Assembly: GCA_044376115.1 (NCBI GenBank)
Contig: JBILLK010000023.1
Location: forward strand, 105,328 to 169,327
DNA length: 64,000 nucleotides
Direction of reading: 5' to 3'
From: Polyangiaceae bacterium
Lineage (GTDB): Bacteria; Myxococcota_A; Polyangia; Polyangiales; Polyangiaceae
This document shows, piece after piece, positions 37,827 to 47,768 of the stretch. The translations under genes were made by a program, and so were the position numbers. Numbering within the stretch: position 1 is the first letter of the stretch; every line of letters begins with the position of its first letter. The notes under the pieces were generated by a model that was not told where the DNA came from, did no database searches, and was given only the letters and a program-made list of their open reading frames with translations.

Positions 37827-38423
37827 ATGGAACTACGCCACCCCATCAACCAAAACGACCCATTCTTCTTGCGCCACGCGCCCTTCATCGCGGTCGTCGA
37901 CGAGGTGCTCAGCGCCGGCGAGTGCGAAACGCTGATCGAACGGATCGAGTCGCTGTCGCCCAGCTTCGCTCCCATCACGACGTCGCGGGGCTTCGTAGAT
38001 CGTCCCGATATTCGCAACAACGACCGGGTGATTTTCGACGACGCGGCGCTCGCCGCCGACCTATTCGAAAGGCTGCGACAGCTGCTTCCAGAGCGACTGC
38101 GTCCCGATGACGCCCCGCGAACGGCTGCTGGACTCAACCCGCGGTTCCGTGGCTACCGCTACAGCCCAGGCCAGCGTTTCGCGCCGCACTACGACGGGCA
38201 CTATCAGAACGATGAGGAGTGCAGCGAGCTCACCGTCCTCTTCTACTTGAACGAAGGCTTCGTGGGCGGCGCGACGTCATTCTGCGATTGGGAGGTCAAG
38301 GTCGAGCCGAAACCCGGCCAGGTACTGCTCTTTGCTCACAGAGTGTTGCACGAAGGCTGCATTCTCGAGAGTGGTCGCAAGTACGTGCTTCGCAGCGACG
38401 TGATGTACCGCCGCCAGCGTTGA
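37827..38423 (+). CDS. 2OG-Fe(II) oxygenase, prolyl 4-hydroxylase-like
   Basis: YRYxPGQxFxPHYD, YLNE...GGAT, HEG, KYVLRSD. Confidence 0.88.
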   Translation: MELRHPINQNDPFFLRHAPFIAVVDEVLSAGECETLIERIESLSPSFAPITTSRGFVDRPDIRNNDRVIFDDAALAADLFERLRQLLPERLRPDDAPRTAAGLNPRFRGYRYSPGQRFAPHYDGHYQNDEECSELTVLFYLNEGFVGGATSFCDWEVKVEPKPGQVLLFAHRVLHEGCILESGRKYVLRSDVMYRRQR

Positions 38424-38444
38424 CGCTCATCTGCGACGTCGTCC

Positions 38445-39101
38445 TCACTTCTTCTGTGGCTGCGACTTCGCGACGCAAGCGTCGTAGGCGGCCAAGTCGG
38501 GTTTGCCCCCCGGCTTCGGTACACACTCGGCGAGAGCGGGATGGCTGCCGATACAGCTCACGACCGACTGAGCGAGCGCTTGACCTACTCCGCGTGTTGC
38601 TTCCGTCTGCATTAGCTCGATGGTGCGTCGTGCCAAGGCACCACAGTCCTCCGCTGAATCCGCTGGTAAGGTGGCGTCGATGCTCTTGAGCGGCACTTCG
38701 ATCTTCTTCTTCAAGCCGGCGATACACTCGGAGCTGAAGGCATCATCTGCCATCGCCTGTTGGAACTCGGGCATCGTCAGCTTGTGTTTGCTGAACAGAT
38801 CCTGGTGCAACGGAAAAGCCACGGGGCTGGCTTGGATCAGCGCTTCTGCGTAGGCCAAGCGGCTCTTCGGCCCACGCTTGTTCACCGCAAGAATCGCCTC
38901 CGCCTGTCGGGTCGCGACGTCGTCGAAGAAGGCCAGCACGCGCTCACGCAGCTCCGCTGACACCACCGGCGCAGAGCGAACAGCGCTCGAGCTGGCTGCC
39001 GCCTGCACCGAGCTAGCGGCGCTCGCCGAGGAGGGAGCCGCCGTCGGCTCCCCAGCACATCCGATCACCAGCCAACCCACACACCAAAGCGCGCGCTTCA
39101 T
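38445..39101 (-). CDS. Hypothetical lipoprotein
   Basis: Lipobox VIGC, Ala/Ser linker. Confidence 0.6.
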   Translation of the reverse strand: MKRALWCVGWLVIGCAGEPTAAPSSASAASSVQAAASSSAVRSAPVVSAELRERVLAFFDDVATRQAEAILAVNKRGPKSRLAYAEALIQASPVAFPLHQDLFSKHKLTMPEFQQAMADDAFSSECIAGLKKKIEVPLKSIDATLPADSAEDCGALARRTIELMQTEATRGVGQALAQSVVSCIGSHPALAECVPKPGGKPDLAAYDACVAKSQPQKK

Positions 39102-39144
39102 GCCGGGGCGACGATAGTGCAGCGCCTCCGAGATGTCCGCTCGA

Positions 39145-41937
39145 TCAGCGCATCGGCTGCTTCGACTCTTGCACCGTCGCCGTCAGGTCAACGTTCTTGC
39201 CGTCGCGCACCACGGTGATCTTCACCTTCTCCTTGGGGCGCAACTCACCGAGCACGAACATCAGGTCCTCGACCGAGAGCACGTCGAAGCGACCGATCTT
39301 GACGATCTTGTCACCGCGTTTGGCTCCCGCGAGGTCGGCTGCACCGCCCGGACGCGCACCCGAGAGCACGACGCCCTTGGCGCCGGCCGAGGCGGCGTAG
39401 TCAGGGATGGTGCCGAGCGAAGCACCGAAGGTGCGGGTATCGCCCTTCGGCGAGGGAGAGGCGACCTTCTGGAAGGTCGGTCGTGCGGGCAGCGCGTCGA
39501 TCCCGCGCAGAGCCTCGGCAGCGACGCCGGCGATCGCGCCCATACCAGCGGCGTTCAGCTTGTCCGAGGTGTCGCTCGGCTTGTGGTAGTCACCGTGCGT
39601 TCCGGAGAACAGGAACAACACCGGGACGTCGGCCGCGTAGAACGAAGCCTGATCGCTCGGGCCGTAGCCGCCGCCGCCGGAGAGCGCACAATCGACGCGC
39701 GACTTCTCGCAGGCGCCGCGCAGGATGTCCCCGAACTCGGTCGCGGTGTCATGGCCGGTCACGTCCAGCTTGTTACCGCGCAATCGACCGACCATGTCGA
39801 GGTTGATCATCGCGAGGATGTTCTTCGGCTCGAGCCCGGGCGGCGGGTTCTTCACCAAGTAGTTCGACCCGAGCACACCGCGCTCCTCGCCTGAGAAGAG
39901 CATGAACACGATGTCGTGCTTGAGGCCCTTCTTGCTCGCGAGTTCACGTGCGACCTCGAGCACGGTGGCAGTACCCGAGGCGTTGTCATCGGCGCCGTGA
40001 TGAATCGCCGGCTCGCCTGGTGCGAGCGAGCCGTGACCGCCCATCCCGAGGTGGTCGTAGTGCGCGCCGATCACGATGCTGCCTTGCGACGGGCCGTCGG
40101 CTTTGAGCGTGCCGATCACGTTGAAGGCCGGCTTCTTCTCGTCGCTGAGCTCCACCGTCAATTTGGCCGAGAGCTTCTTCTTCTTCGCCAACTGATCGAC
40201 GATCCCCGCGAGCGCAGCGCGCGGCGCGATGATCGCCGGTATGCCTGCTGCGCCCGAAGCGTCGGGGCTGAGCGTCGGCATCTTCGTCTCATCGGGCAAC
40301 TTCCAATCCGCTGCCGCGCCCTTCGGCTTCACCGGCAGGTCCACCACGATGATCGCCTTGGCGCCCTTGTCGCGCGCCAACCAGGCTTTGCGCCGCAGGT
40401 CACCGTTGCGACGGTTGGCATCGGCGGTGCTGAAGGCCGGCTCCTCCGGAACGTAGCGGCGCACGACGACGATCTTCCCTTTGACGTCGAGGCCCTTGTA
40501 GTCGGAGTACTTGTCGGTCTCGACGCCGTACCCAGCGAGCACGAGCTCGCCCTCCAAATCTTTCACCGGGGTGGAGAGGCTCAGCGGCTGGGCGCCCTCG
40601 AGCACTTTGCCGTCTACGGTAAGGGCGGCGCTGCCCTTCACCGCGACGGTCACGTCGAACGACTGTCGGAACGAGGTCGCGCTCGCGCCCGGCGTGAGCC
40701 CAAGTTCTTGCAGACGCTTCTCGATGAAAGCGCCGGCCTCCTCGAGCCCCTTCGAACCGACGCCGCGACCTTCGCGCGCCGGCTCAGACAGCCACTTCGC
40801 GTCCTTCATGATGCGATCGGCGGCGGTGGGGATGGCGTTGACTTCACCGTCGACCCACTTGGCGTGGAAGACGTTGGTGTCGTTGCTGCCCGGCGCAGTA
40901 GCGCGGTTCGACGAGAAGGAGAGGATCTTCCCGTCGGGCGAGAACATCGGAAAGCCGTCAAATCCCTGCGAATCGGTGATGCGCTCGAGCCCGGTGCCGT
41001 CGGTGTTGATGGCCCACAGATCGAACTCACGACCCTTGGGATCGCCGTAGTTGGAGCTGAAGATGATGCGCTTACCGTCGGGGTAGAGGTACGGGCCGAA
41101 GGAGGCCGAGTTGAGGTAGGTGACCTGCACCGGGTCCGAGCCGTCGGCGTTCGCCACGTACAGCTCGAGCTTGGTCGGGCGCACGAGGCCTTTGCTGAGC
41201 AGCGACTTGAAGTCCTCCAGGCTCTTGCCCTTGGGACGCGAGGCACGCCAAACGATCTTCGAGCAATCGTCGCTGAAGAACGCGCCGCCGTCGTAGCCGG
41301 GCTCGTTCGTCAAACGCTTCACGTTCTTGCCGTCAGCGTCCATCCGGTAGAGCTCGATGTCGCCGTCGCGCACCGAGGTGAAGATGATCGAGCCGTCCTT
41401 CTTGCAGACGGTCCCTTCGGCGTCGTAGCCGGGCGAGTCGGTGAGCCGCACCACGCCCGAGCCGTCGGCCTTCGACCTGTAGATCTCGTACGAATCGTAA
41501 AGAGCCCAGGTGTAGCCGTGCTCCATGCTCGGCTTGGGTGGGCACTCGGCGCCGCCGGTCTCGGTCGAGGCGAAGATCACGTCCTTGTCCCCCGGCAGGA
41601 AGTAGGAGCACGTGGTCGCCCCTTTGCCGTTGGAGACAGGTGTTATGAGCTTCGGATCGGCGACGTTCATACGGAAGATTTGGTCGCACTTCATGTCGCC
41701 GGTGCGGGCCTGCAGGATCAGCTCGGAGCCGCCCATCGACCAATAGGCCTCGGCATTCTCCCCGCCGAAGGTCAGCTGACGCAGCTCGGAGAGATGCGGT
41801 TCTTTGCTCGCCGGCGGCTTGACCTCTGCGGCCGAGCCGGAGGGCTTCGGCACCACCGGGTGGTGCGGGTCTTCACAAGCCGCCACCGTCGTCAAGAGCC
41901 CGATGAGCAAAATCTCGCGCCTCAAATCAACTACCAT
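39145..41937 (-). CDS. M28 peptidase lipoprotein fused with TolB-like PD40 repeats, PA and PDZ domains
   Basis: Lipobox VAAC; repeated 'LTxxPGYD...FSxDG'; GAHYDH, GADDNASG, GEERG, NLDMVG, DYH; C-terminal PDZ. Confidence 0.88.
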   Translation of the reverse strand: MVVDLRREILLIGLLTTVAACEDPHHPVVPKPSGSAAEVKPPASKEPHLSELRQLTFGGENAEAYWSMGGSELILQARTGDMKCDQIFRMNVADPKLITPVSNGKGATTCSYFLPGDKDVIFASTETGGAECPPKPSMEHGYTWALYDSYEIYRSKADGSGVVRLTDSPGYDAEGTVCKKDGSIIFTSVRDGDIELYRMDADGKNVKRLTNEPGYDGGAFFSDDCSKIVWRASRPKGKSLEDFKSLLSKGLVRPTKLELYVANADGSDPVQVTYLNSASFGPYLYPDGKRIIFSSNYGDPKGREFDLWAINTDGTGLERITDSQGFDGFPMFSPDGKILSFSSNRATAPGSNDTNVFHAKWVDGEVNAIPTAADRIMKDAKWLSEPAREGRGVGSKGLEEAGAFIEKRLQELGLTPGASATSFRQSFDVTVAVKGSAALTVDGKVLEGAQPLSLSTPVKDLEGELVLAGYGVETDKYSDYKGLDVKGKIVVVRRYVPEEPAFSTADANRRNGDLRRKAWLARDKGAKAIIVVDLPVKPKGAAADWKLPDETKMPTLSPDASGAAGIPAIIAPRAALAGIVDQLAKKKKLSAKLTVELSDEKKPAFNVIGTLKADGPSQGSIVIGAHYDHLGMGGHGSLAPGEPAIHHGADDNASGTATVLEVARELASKKGLKHDIVFMLFSGEERGVLGSNYLVKNPPPGLEPKNILAMINLDMVGRLRGNKLDVTGHDTATEFGDILRGACEKSRVDCALSGGGGYGPSDQASFYAADVPVLFLFSGTHGDYHKPSDTSDKLNAAGMGAIAGVAAEALRGIDALPARPTFQKVASPSPKGDTRTFGASLGTIPDYAASAGAKGVVLSGARPGGAADLAGAKRGDKIVKIGRFDVLSVEDLMFVLGELRPKEKVKITVVRDGKNVDLTATVQESKQPMR

Positions 41938-42101
41938 CTCGAACGATCGCTTTCCGCCACCGTCCGTGGCGCAGTTTGGGCCTCTGATAGCAGCCTTTGC
42001 CTTCAATGCGAACAGCCTTGGCAGCGCACCGTCGACTCGTGCCAAAGTCGAAAGTGCAATCGACGACCGATGAGAGCGCTGTGCCGTCGGCTCGGCTACT
42101 T

Positions 42102-42123
42102 GATAATGAAAACCCAATTCAGT
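42102..42123 (+). promoter_or_regulatory. Putative Fur box upstream of the TonB receptor
   Basis: GATAATGAAAACCCAATTC, 13/19 to GATAATGATAATCATTATC; an AT-rich island in GC-rich DNA about 35 bp before the start. Confidence 0.65.
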
Positions 42124-42155
42124 AACAAGCCTGTTATCGTTGCTCAGGGCCGCTT

Positions 42156-44240
42156 GTGAACGTGAACCAGCCAATCCGCACTACTCGCGCCGCGTTTCGG
42201 CTCGCGGTGGGTTGGATCGCGCTGTGCGCCTTGCTTCCGCATCAGGCGCTGGCCGAAGAGTCGGCGGCTAGCGAAGCCACGCCCAGCGAACCTGCGGCCA
42301 GCACGGAGGACGCCACCAGCACTGAATCGAGCGAAGACAGCGAGGAGCTCGAGGTCGTGATCACCGGCTCACGCGGCGCGGAGGCACGCTCGCGCTCGAT
42401 CGTGCGGGTCGACGTCGTCACCGCCGAAGAAGCGCGCAGACGCGGCGCGACCAACGTCGGAGAAGCGTTGGCCGGCGAGCTTGGAGTCACCGTCAACCCA
42501 AGCGCCTACGGCTCGATCGGAAACCCCAGCGCCGCGCAGATCGGCGGCTTCGATCGCGAACGCATCCTGATCCTCGAGGACGGCGAGCGGGTGGTCGGGG
42601 ATGTCGGCGGAGCCGTGGATCTGTCGCAGCTTTCGATCGGCGGGCTCTCGCGGATCGAGGTGGTCCGTGGTCCTTCGAGCGCGCTCTACGGCACCAGCGC
42701 CATCGGCGGCGTGATCAACGTGATCTCCGGGCCGCCCGAGCTGGAGGGCTTTTCGGGTTCGGTCCGGCTCGAAGGCCGGCATCGTTGGGGCGGCTTCGCC
42801 TCCGCTGATTTGGCCTATCGGCAGGCGGACAGCTGGGTATCGACGACGGCGTCTTTCTACGGCTCGCAGGGTGTGAGCCTGGCGCCGCCGGATCTCGCCC
42901 TCCCCGACACCTATCGCGTCGACACCACCGTGCGCGCAGGGACCAAGCTGCAGCGCCTTCACGATCTTTCGATCAAGGCGAACTTCCGTCGCGAGGCCTC
43001 GCGCGGACTGGATAGCCAACAGATCCCCGGGCTCGACACCTTCTTGATCGATCTGCCCGACGTGACGAACCGGCTCTCCTTCCGCGCGCTCGATCGACTG
43101 CTGCTCGGCGAAGGTCACGAGCTCACGCTCTCGCTCGCCAAACAGTGGTTCTGGAACCAGACCGGGAATGATCGTCGCGACTCACCGATCGACGATACGC
43201 GCACCCGCTTTCACACCATGCACGCGGCCGAGGCTACCGGCTCCTTCTTTCAGAAAGAGCGCGTTTCGTTCCTCGTCGGTGCGCGCGGTGAGGTCGAGCA
43301 GTTCGACCAACAGCTCGAGCGCAAGAGCTTGCAAGGCACCGAAGTGGTATCGACCTCGCTCGAGGAGGTCGTGCCCACGCAACTCGGCAGCGGCGCGCTT
43401 TACAGCCAGGTGCGCTTCGACCCCCTCGATTGGTTCTCCGGCACCGTGGGCGGTCGCGTGGAAGCGAGCCCCAAATACGGCTTCGCCGCCGCGCCCAAGC
43501 TCTCGGTCGTGTTTCTGCCGATGAAGGAGCTAGCGATTCGAGCCAGCGTGGGCCGCGGCTATCGTGCACCGACGGCGAAGGAGGTCGGCTTCGTGTTCGA
43601 TCACAGCACCTTCGGTTACCGCGTGATCGGCAACCCCGACTTGGTGCCGGAGACCTCGTGGGGCGTGCAAGGGGACGTCGAGCTTCGGCCAACGCGCGCG
43701 TTGCAATTCAGGGTCGCTGGGTACGCCAACTGGGTATCCGAGCTGATCGATCTTCGCGTCGCGGGGAGCTCCGACGTCGCGGGCATCGACGACTACACCT
43801 ACTTGAACGTCGGGCGCGCGCTGACCTCGGGCGTGGAGGCTGTCGCCATCGTCAAAGCGACCGAGTTCGTGCGCGCCGAGGCCGGTTACACCTACGCCTT
43901 CACCCGCGACCAAGAGCTCGAGCGGCCTTTGCCTGGACGAGCGCCGCACACACTGCTCGTCTCGGTCACCGCCGACACACCGATTGGCCTTTCGTTTTAT
44001 GCGCGCGCTCGCGTGGCCACCGACGCGTACATCGACGACGAGCTGCGTACGCCCTCCTTCGGTACGCTGGACTTGCGGCTCTCGCAGCGACTTTGGTCGG
44101 GCGCCCAAGCCTACGGCAGCGTGCTCAACCTGCTCGGCGCACAAAAAGATCCGAGTCGAATTGCGGATCCGCGACCGATCGAAGGTCGTACATTTCTCGT
44201 TGGCCTCGCGGCCGATCTTCCTCCCCCACCGGAGCTTTGA
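42156..44240 (+). CDS. TonB-dependent outer-membrane receptor (likely heme/iron)
   Basis: VVITGSR TonB box, RIEVVRGPSSALYG...GGVINVI plug, GYRAP, GNPDLxPETS, NLL...GRTF. Confidence 0.92.
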   Translation: MNVNQPIRTTRAAFRLAVGWIALCALLPHQALAEESAASEATPSEPAASTEDATSTESSEDSEELEVVITGSRGAEARSRSIVRVDVVTAEEARRRGATNVGEALAGELGVTVNPSAYGSIGNPSAAQIGGFDRERILILEDGERVVGDVGGAVDLSQLSIGGLSRIEVVRGPSSALYGTSAIGGVINVISGPPELEGFSGSVRLEGRHRWGGFASADLAYRQADSWVSTTASFYGSQGVSLAPPDLALPDTYRVDTTVRAGTKLQRLHDLSIKANFRREASRGLDSQQIPGLDTFLIDLPDVTNRLSFRALDRLLLGEGHELTLSLAKQWFWNQTGNDRRDSPIDDTRTRFHTMHAAEATGSFFQKERVSFLVGARGEVEQFDQQLERKSLQGTEVVSTSLEEVVPTQLGSGALYSQVRFDPLDWFSGTVGGRVEASPKYGFAAAPKLSVVFLPMKELAIRASVGRGYRAPTAKEVGFVFDHSTFGYRVIGNPDLVPETSWGVQGDVELRPTRALQFRVAGYANWVSELIDLRVAGSSDVAGIDDYTYLNVGRALTSGVEAVAIVKATEFVRAEAGYTYAFTRDQELERPLPGRAPHTLLVSVTADTPIGLSFYARARVATDAYIDDELRTPSFGTLDLRLSQRLWSGAQAYGSVLNLLGAQKDPSRIADPRPIEGRTFLVGLAADLPPPPEL

Positions 44241-44243
44241 CGT

Positions 44244-45362
44244 ATGCGGTTCTTGACTTGGTTTGGCGTTTCTTTGGCAGCTCTGTCGCTGCTCGCTTGC
44301 GATGAACGTGGCGACGCGAGCGGCGGCGGCGGAGTGGGAGGCGCTGGCGGCGCGGCCGGCGGAGATCCACTGCTCGAGGGTACTTTGCTCGAGGTCCCGA
44401 CCGGGGCAGAGCCAACCTACGTCGACCTCGACGGCCCTTCGCTGGTGAGCGAGTCCGACGGCTGGGAGCTGCGCTTCACTGGCAAGAACATCCAGACCAA
44501 CGGCGGCGTCTCCGGGCCCGAGAATGGCGCTGCATTTGGCCCGCTCGACCTCGTGACCTTCGCCGAAGACACCGTGCCAGCCGAGGTTCCCTTCCTGTTC
44601 GAAGATGAATTCGGCGGGGCGTTTGCGCGGTGGTTTGCCTACGACGGCAACGAGCACGTGCTCTACAGCCGCTTTCACGTCTACGGCATCCGTCGCGGTG
44701 ATGAGTTGTACAAGTTGCAGCTATTGGGCTTTTACGGTGAAGCGCAGGGCGCGCCGGTCAACGGCCTGTTTCGTATCCGCTATGCGCGCGTGACCGACGC
44801 CGGCGCTGAAGAGACGTTCGAGGTGATGGAGCTCGATGGCACCGCGGGAGGCTCGATGGAACCCACCGACGCCGACCCGAGCGGCTGTTTGCGACTTTCG
44901 ACGGGAGAGGTGCTGCAACTCACGCCGCCCGAGGCCAAGGCCAGCGCCGATTGGGACGTGTGTTTTCGTCGCGCGACGATCTCGGTGAACGGCGGTGAAG
45001 GCGCAGCTGGATCGGTCGAGGCGGTGGACCTCGATCTCGACAAGACCGCAGGCGAGACGTTGGCCGAGGTCGCCGAGCGTACGGCTGCGACCGAACTCGC
45101 AGCGTTCGACGCGGTCGATGTGGCGGTGCTCTCCGCGCCTTCGGTCGCTTGGCTCTTCGACGGGGTGATCAGCGCCTTCACCAATCGTTGGTTCACCGTG
45201 GGATCCGATCCGCTCGAGCCGGCGGGCCTGATTTGGCTGGTCGCCGGCACCGATGGAGAGACGCCATACTTCGTAGGCTTTGAGTCCTTCAGCGACGCAA
45301 CCGCCGCGAGCCCCGGAACGGTCATGCTCCGGGTCAAAGCAATCCAGGGCTCGCTCCCTTGA
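44244..45362 (+). CDS. HmuY family lipoprotein (probably two HmuY domains)
   Basis: Lipobox LLAC; WELRF...TNGGVSG, WFAYDxxxH, YKLQLLGFY; second WDVCFRR...VNGG. Confidence 0.75.
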   Translation: MRFLTWFGVSLAALSLLACDERGDASGGGGVGGAGGAAGGDPLLEGTLLEVPTGAEPTYVDLDGPSLVSESDGWELRFTGKNIQTNGGVSGPENGAAFGPLDLVTFAEDTVPAEVPFLFEDEFGGAFARWFAYDGNEHVLYSRFHVYGIRRGDELYKLQLLGFYGEAQGAPVNGLFRIRYARVTDAGAEETFEVMELDGTAGGSMEPTDADPSGCLRLSTGEVLQLTPPEAKASADWDVCFRRATISVNGGEGAAGSVEAVDLDLDKTAGETLAEVAERTAATELAAFDAVDVAVLSAPSVAWLFDGVISAFTNRWFTVGSDPLEPAGLIWLVAGTDGETPYFVGFESFSDATAASPGTVMLRVKAIQGSLP

Positions 45363-45408
45363 CATCCCGCTGTTTGTCGCAGCACTCTCCTCGACGATGG
45401 AGCTTCCG

Positions 45409-46215
45409 ATGAAAAACCTTCTTGCTCTCTTTGGTACCCTTTCGATCCTCGCGGCTTGTGGAGACTCCGGCACTGGAGGTGCGGGCGGTGACGGAGGCTC
45501 GGGTGGTGTCGGCGGTGACGGGGGCTCGGCTGGGGCAACCGTAGAACCGGTGTGCAGTGAGCCGGTGGCCGTCCCCTGTGAGGACGAGGTGATCCTCGGG
45601 ATGAACCTGAAGACGACGGTCTCGCCGACCAGCATCACCAATGAGCCTGACGGCGACGGCTTCGCTTCGCTGATCGACGCCACCGCTGGCGGACCGTTCA
45701 ACGCAGATCCGCCGTCACACACCTACGGAAAGTTCACCGAGAACGGTCTGGAGAAGGTGGAGATCAACGACGAGGACGCGCTCACCTCGATGGACTGGGA
45801 CATCTCCTTTCGCCGCTACGTCGGGCGCATCAACAGCGGCAACTCTGGACCTTCCTGTGTTTCGGCGGCCCGCCTTCCCGGTATGCCCGTCTACGACAGC
45901 ATCAGCTCGGTGGAGGAAGGGCTGACCTTCCGAACCGATGAGTACTTCACCGACACCTGCGAGCTGATCGCAGACGGCACCGGGCTCGAGGGCTCTCCGG
46001 CCACGGCGCTCTCCAGCTACTGGACCTACCCGGGCTGCGTCCAAATGACCGACAACGTCTACATCGTGCGGCTCGCCGACGGGCGGACCCTCAAGCTCAC
46101 CGTGACCAACTTCTACGATGAGGCCGCCCAAGAGTCCTGCGACTCGTCGGGTTCGGTACCGATGGGCGATACAGGCTCCGGCAACATCCGCGTACGTTGG
46201 GCCTTCGTACCGTGA
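45409..46215 (+). CDS. HmuY family lipoprotein
   Basis: Lipobox LAAC; WDISFRRY...NSGNSG; VYIVRLADGRTLKLTVTNFY. Confidence 0.75.
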   Translation: MKNLLALFGTLSILAACGDSGTGGAGGDGGSGGVGGDGGSAGATVEPVCSEPVAVPCEDEVILGMNLKTTVSPTSITNEPDGDGFASLIDATAGGPFNADPPSHTYGKFTENGLEKVEINDEDALTSMDWDISFRRYVGRINSGNSGPSCVSAARLPGMPVYDSISSVEEGLTFRTDEYFTDTCELIADGTGLEGSPATALSSYWTYPGCVQMTDNVYIVRLADGRTLKLTVTNFYDEAAQESCDSSGSVPMGDTGSGNIRVRWAFVP

Positions 46216-47768
46216 GGCGCCTTTACGCAGCGCTGCCCCTCCTCGCGCTCGGTTGCGCCGTCGAGTCGGAGCCGCCGATCGAGCCGATCCACGGGCCCGA
46301 TGCCATTCCCGAGGTAAGGCCCGATACGCCTGGGAACAACCTGCAATTCAACTTCGACGCGGGCGACCTGGTGGAGACCTTCGCCTCGAGCGACGGCAAC
46401 TTCACCGTCCACTTTGCGCGCGAGGGAGAGCACGCGGTCAACGACGCAGACACCAACACCAACGGTGTGCCCGACTTCGTCGAAGACGTAGCGGCGGCCT
46501 ACGAGGAGGTGCTCGCGCACTACGAATCGCTAGGCTTCCGCGCGCCCGAAAGCGACGCGCGCATTCCAGACAACGGCGGAGACGGCACCTTCGACGTCTA
46601 CTTGGTGGACTTTGCGGGTGTGGGGGACGGCGCCTTCCGCCAGGACAGCTGCTTGGCCTCCAACGGCGAGCGCTGCATCGGCTTCATGACGCAGGAGAAC
46701 GACTTCGTCGGCTATGGCTATCCCTCCACCAAGATCGCCAATCGCATCCTCGGCAGCCACGAATTTTTCCACGCCGTGCAAGCTGCCTACGACGTCAATC
46801 AGGGCAGCGTCTTGGCCGAAGGAACGGCGGTCTGGGCGACCGAATCGTTCGACCCTTCACTGAACGACTTCGAGTGGTTTTCCTCGGGCTTTTTCGACAA
46901 TCCGGACAGGCCGATCGATGAGCCGTTGCCCGGGCCGGTCGATCCTTTCAGCTACGGTACCGGCGTCTTCTTCAAGTTCTTGGAAGAGCGTTTTGGCACG
47001 GAGACGATCCGCGTGTTGTGGGAGCGCTGTGAGAACGGGGCGAACGGCAACGATGATCCGCAGTGGCTAACCGAGTTGGACGCGGCGATCGCTGAGGTTG
47101 GCGACGGCAGCTTCGCTGAAGCGATGGTGGACTTCGCCCAGTGGAACTTGAAGACCGACGACTTCGCCGACCCCGGCAGCTCCTACGCGAACGGCGCTGC
47201 CTACCCGCGGGTCAAGATCGAGACAGTGACCGCGCCCTTCAGCGACGATTCGATCCGCGTCTATCACGCCTCTTCGCAATACCGCGCGATGGATCCGGGC
47301 CCGCGCACCGAGATGACAGCCGCGCTCGTTTCGGAGGATCCGGCCGAGCTCGAAGGGCTGCGGCTGGTGCTGGCCACAGAGTCTGGTGATGTCGCGACCA
47401 CGCAGGTGGTAGCGGACGCTGCGGCTGGAACGGAGACGCTCAGCGTGGTCGAGGCCGAACGTTTCGTCGCCATCGTCGTTAGCACCAACCCCGGCGGAGA
47501 CTCAAAGAAGCCTGGGCTATGCGTGGGCAACGCCGACGAGGTCGAGGCCTGCAAGGCCGCGCTGCTCGCCGGCGGGACCGGCGGTGCGGGCGGCGCTGGC
47601 GGCTCGGGTGGTGCTAGCGGCGCTGGCGCTGGAGACGGCAGCGGTGGGGCCGGAGATGAAGGCAGCAGCGACGGCTGCGGTTGCGCCCTGCCTTCTCAAG
47701 CACCGGCGAGCGGCAGCCTGCTCGCCGTGCTCGGGCTTTCACTGCTGCTCCGTCGTCGACGGCGCTAG
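46212..47768 (+). CDS. HExxH metalloprotease (MXAN_6640-like) with MYXO-CTERM anchor
   Basis: NGVPDFVE, SHEFFHAVQ...EGTAVW; C-terminus GCGC...LLLRRRRR; GTGA overlap. Confidence 0.8.
   Translation: MRRLYAALPLLALGCAVESEPPIEPIHGPDAIPEVRPDTPGNNLQFNFDAGDLVETFASSDGNFTVHFAREGEHAVNDADTNTNGVPDFVEDVAAAYEEVLAHYESLGFRAPESDARIPDNGGDGTFDVYLVDFAGVGDGAFRQDSCLASNGERCIGFMTQENDFVGYGYPSTKIANRILGSHEFFHAVQAAYDVNQGSVLAEGTAVWATESFDPSLNDFEWFSSGFFDNPDRPIDEPLPGPVDPFSYGTGVFFKFLEERFGTETIRVLWERCENGANGNDDPQWLTELDAAIAEVGDGSFAEAMVDFAQWNLKTDDFADPGSSYANGAAYPRVKIETVTAPFSDDSIRVYHASSQYRAMDPGPRTEMTAALVSEDPAELEGLRLVLATESGDVATTQVVADAAAGTETLSVVEAERFVAIVVSTNPGGDSKKPGLCVGNADEVEACKAALLAGGTGGAGGAGGSGGASGAGAGDGSGGAGDEGSSDGCGCALPSQAPASGSLLAVLGLSLLLRRRRR

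Noticed and set aside
39916..42159. 747-aa plus-strand ORF
   Set aside because: Antisense shadow of the M28 peptidase gene; no motifs. Such ORFs are common in high-GC DNA.
41938..42174. 79-aa N-terminal extension of the M28 peptidase ORF
   Set aside because: It overlaps the Fur-like box and receptor start; the lipoprotein signal begins at ATG 41937.
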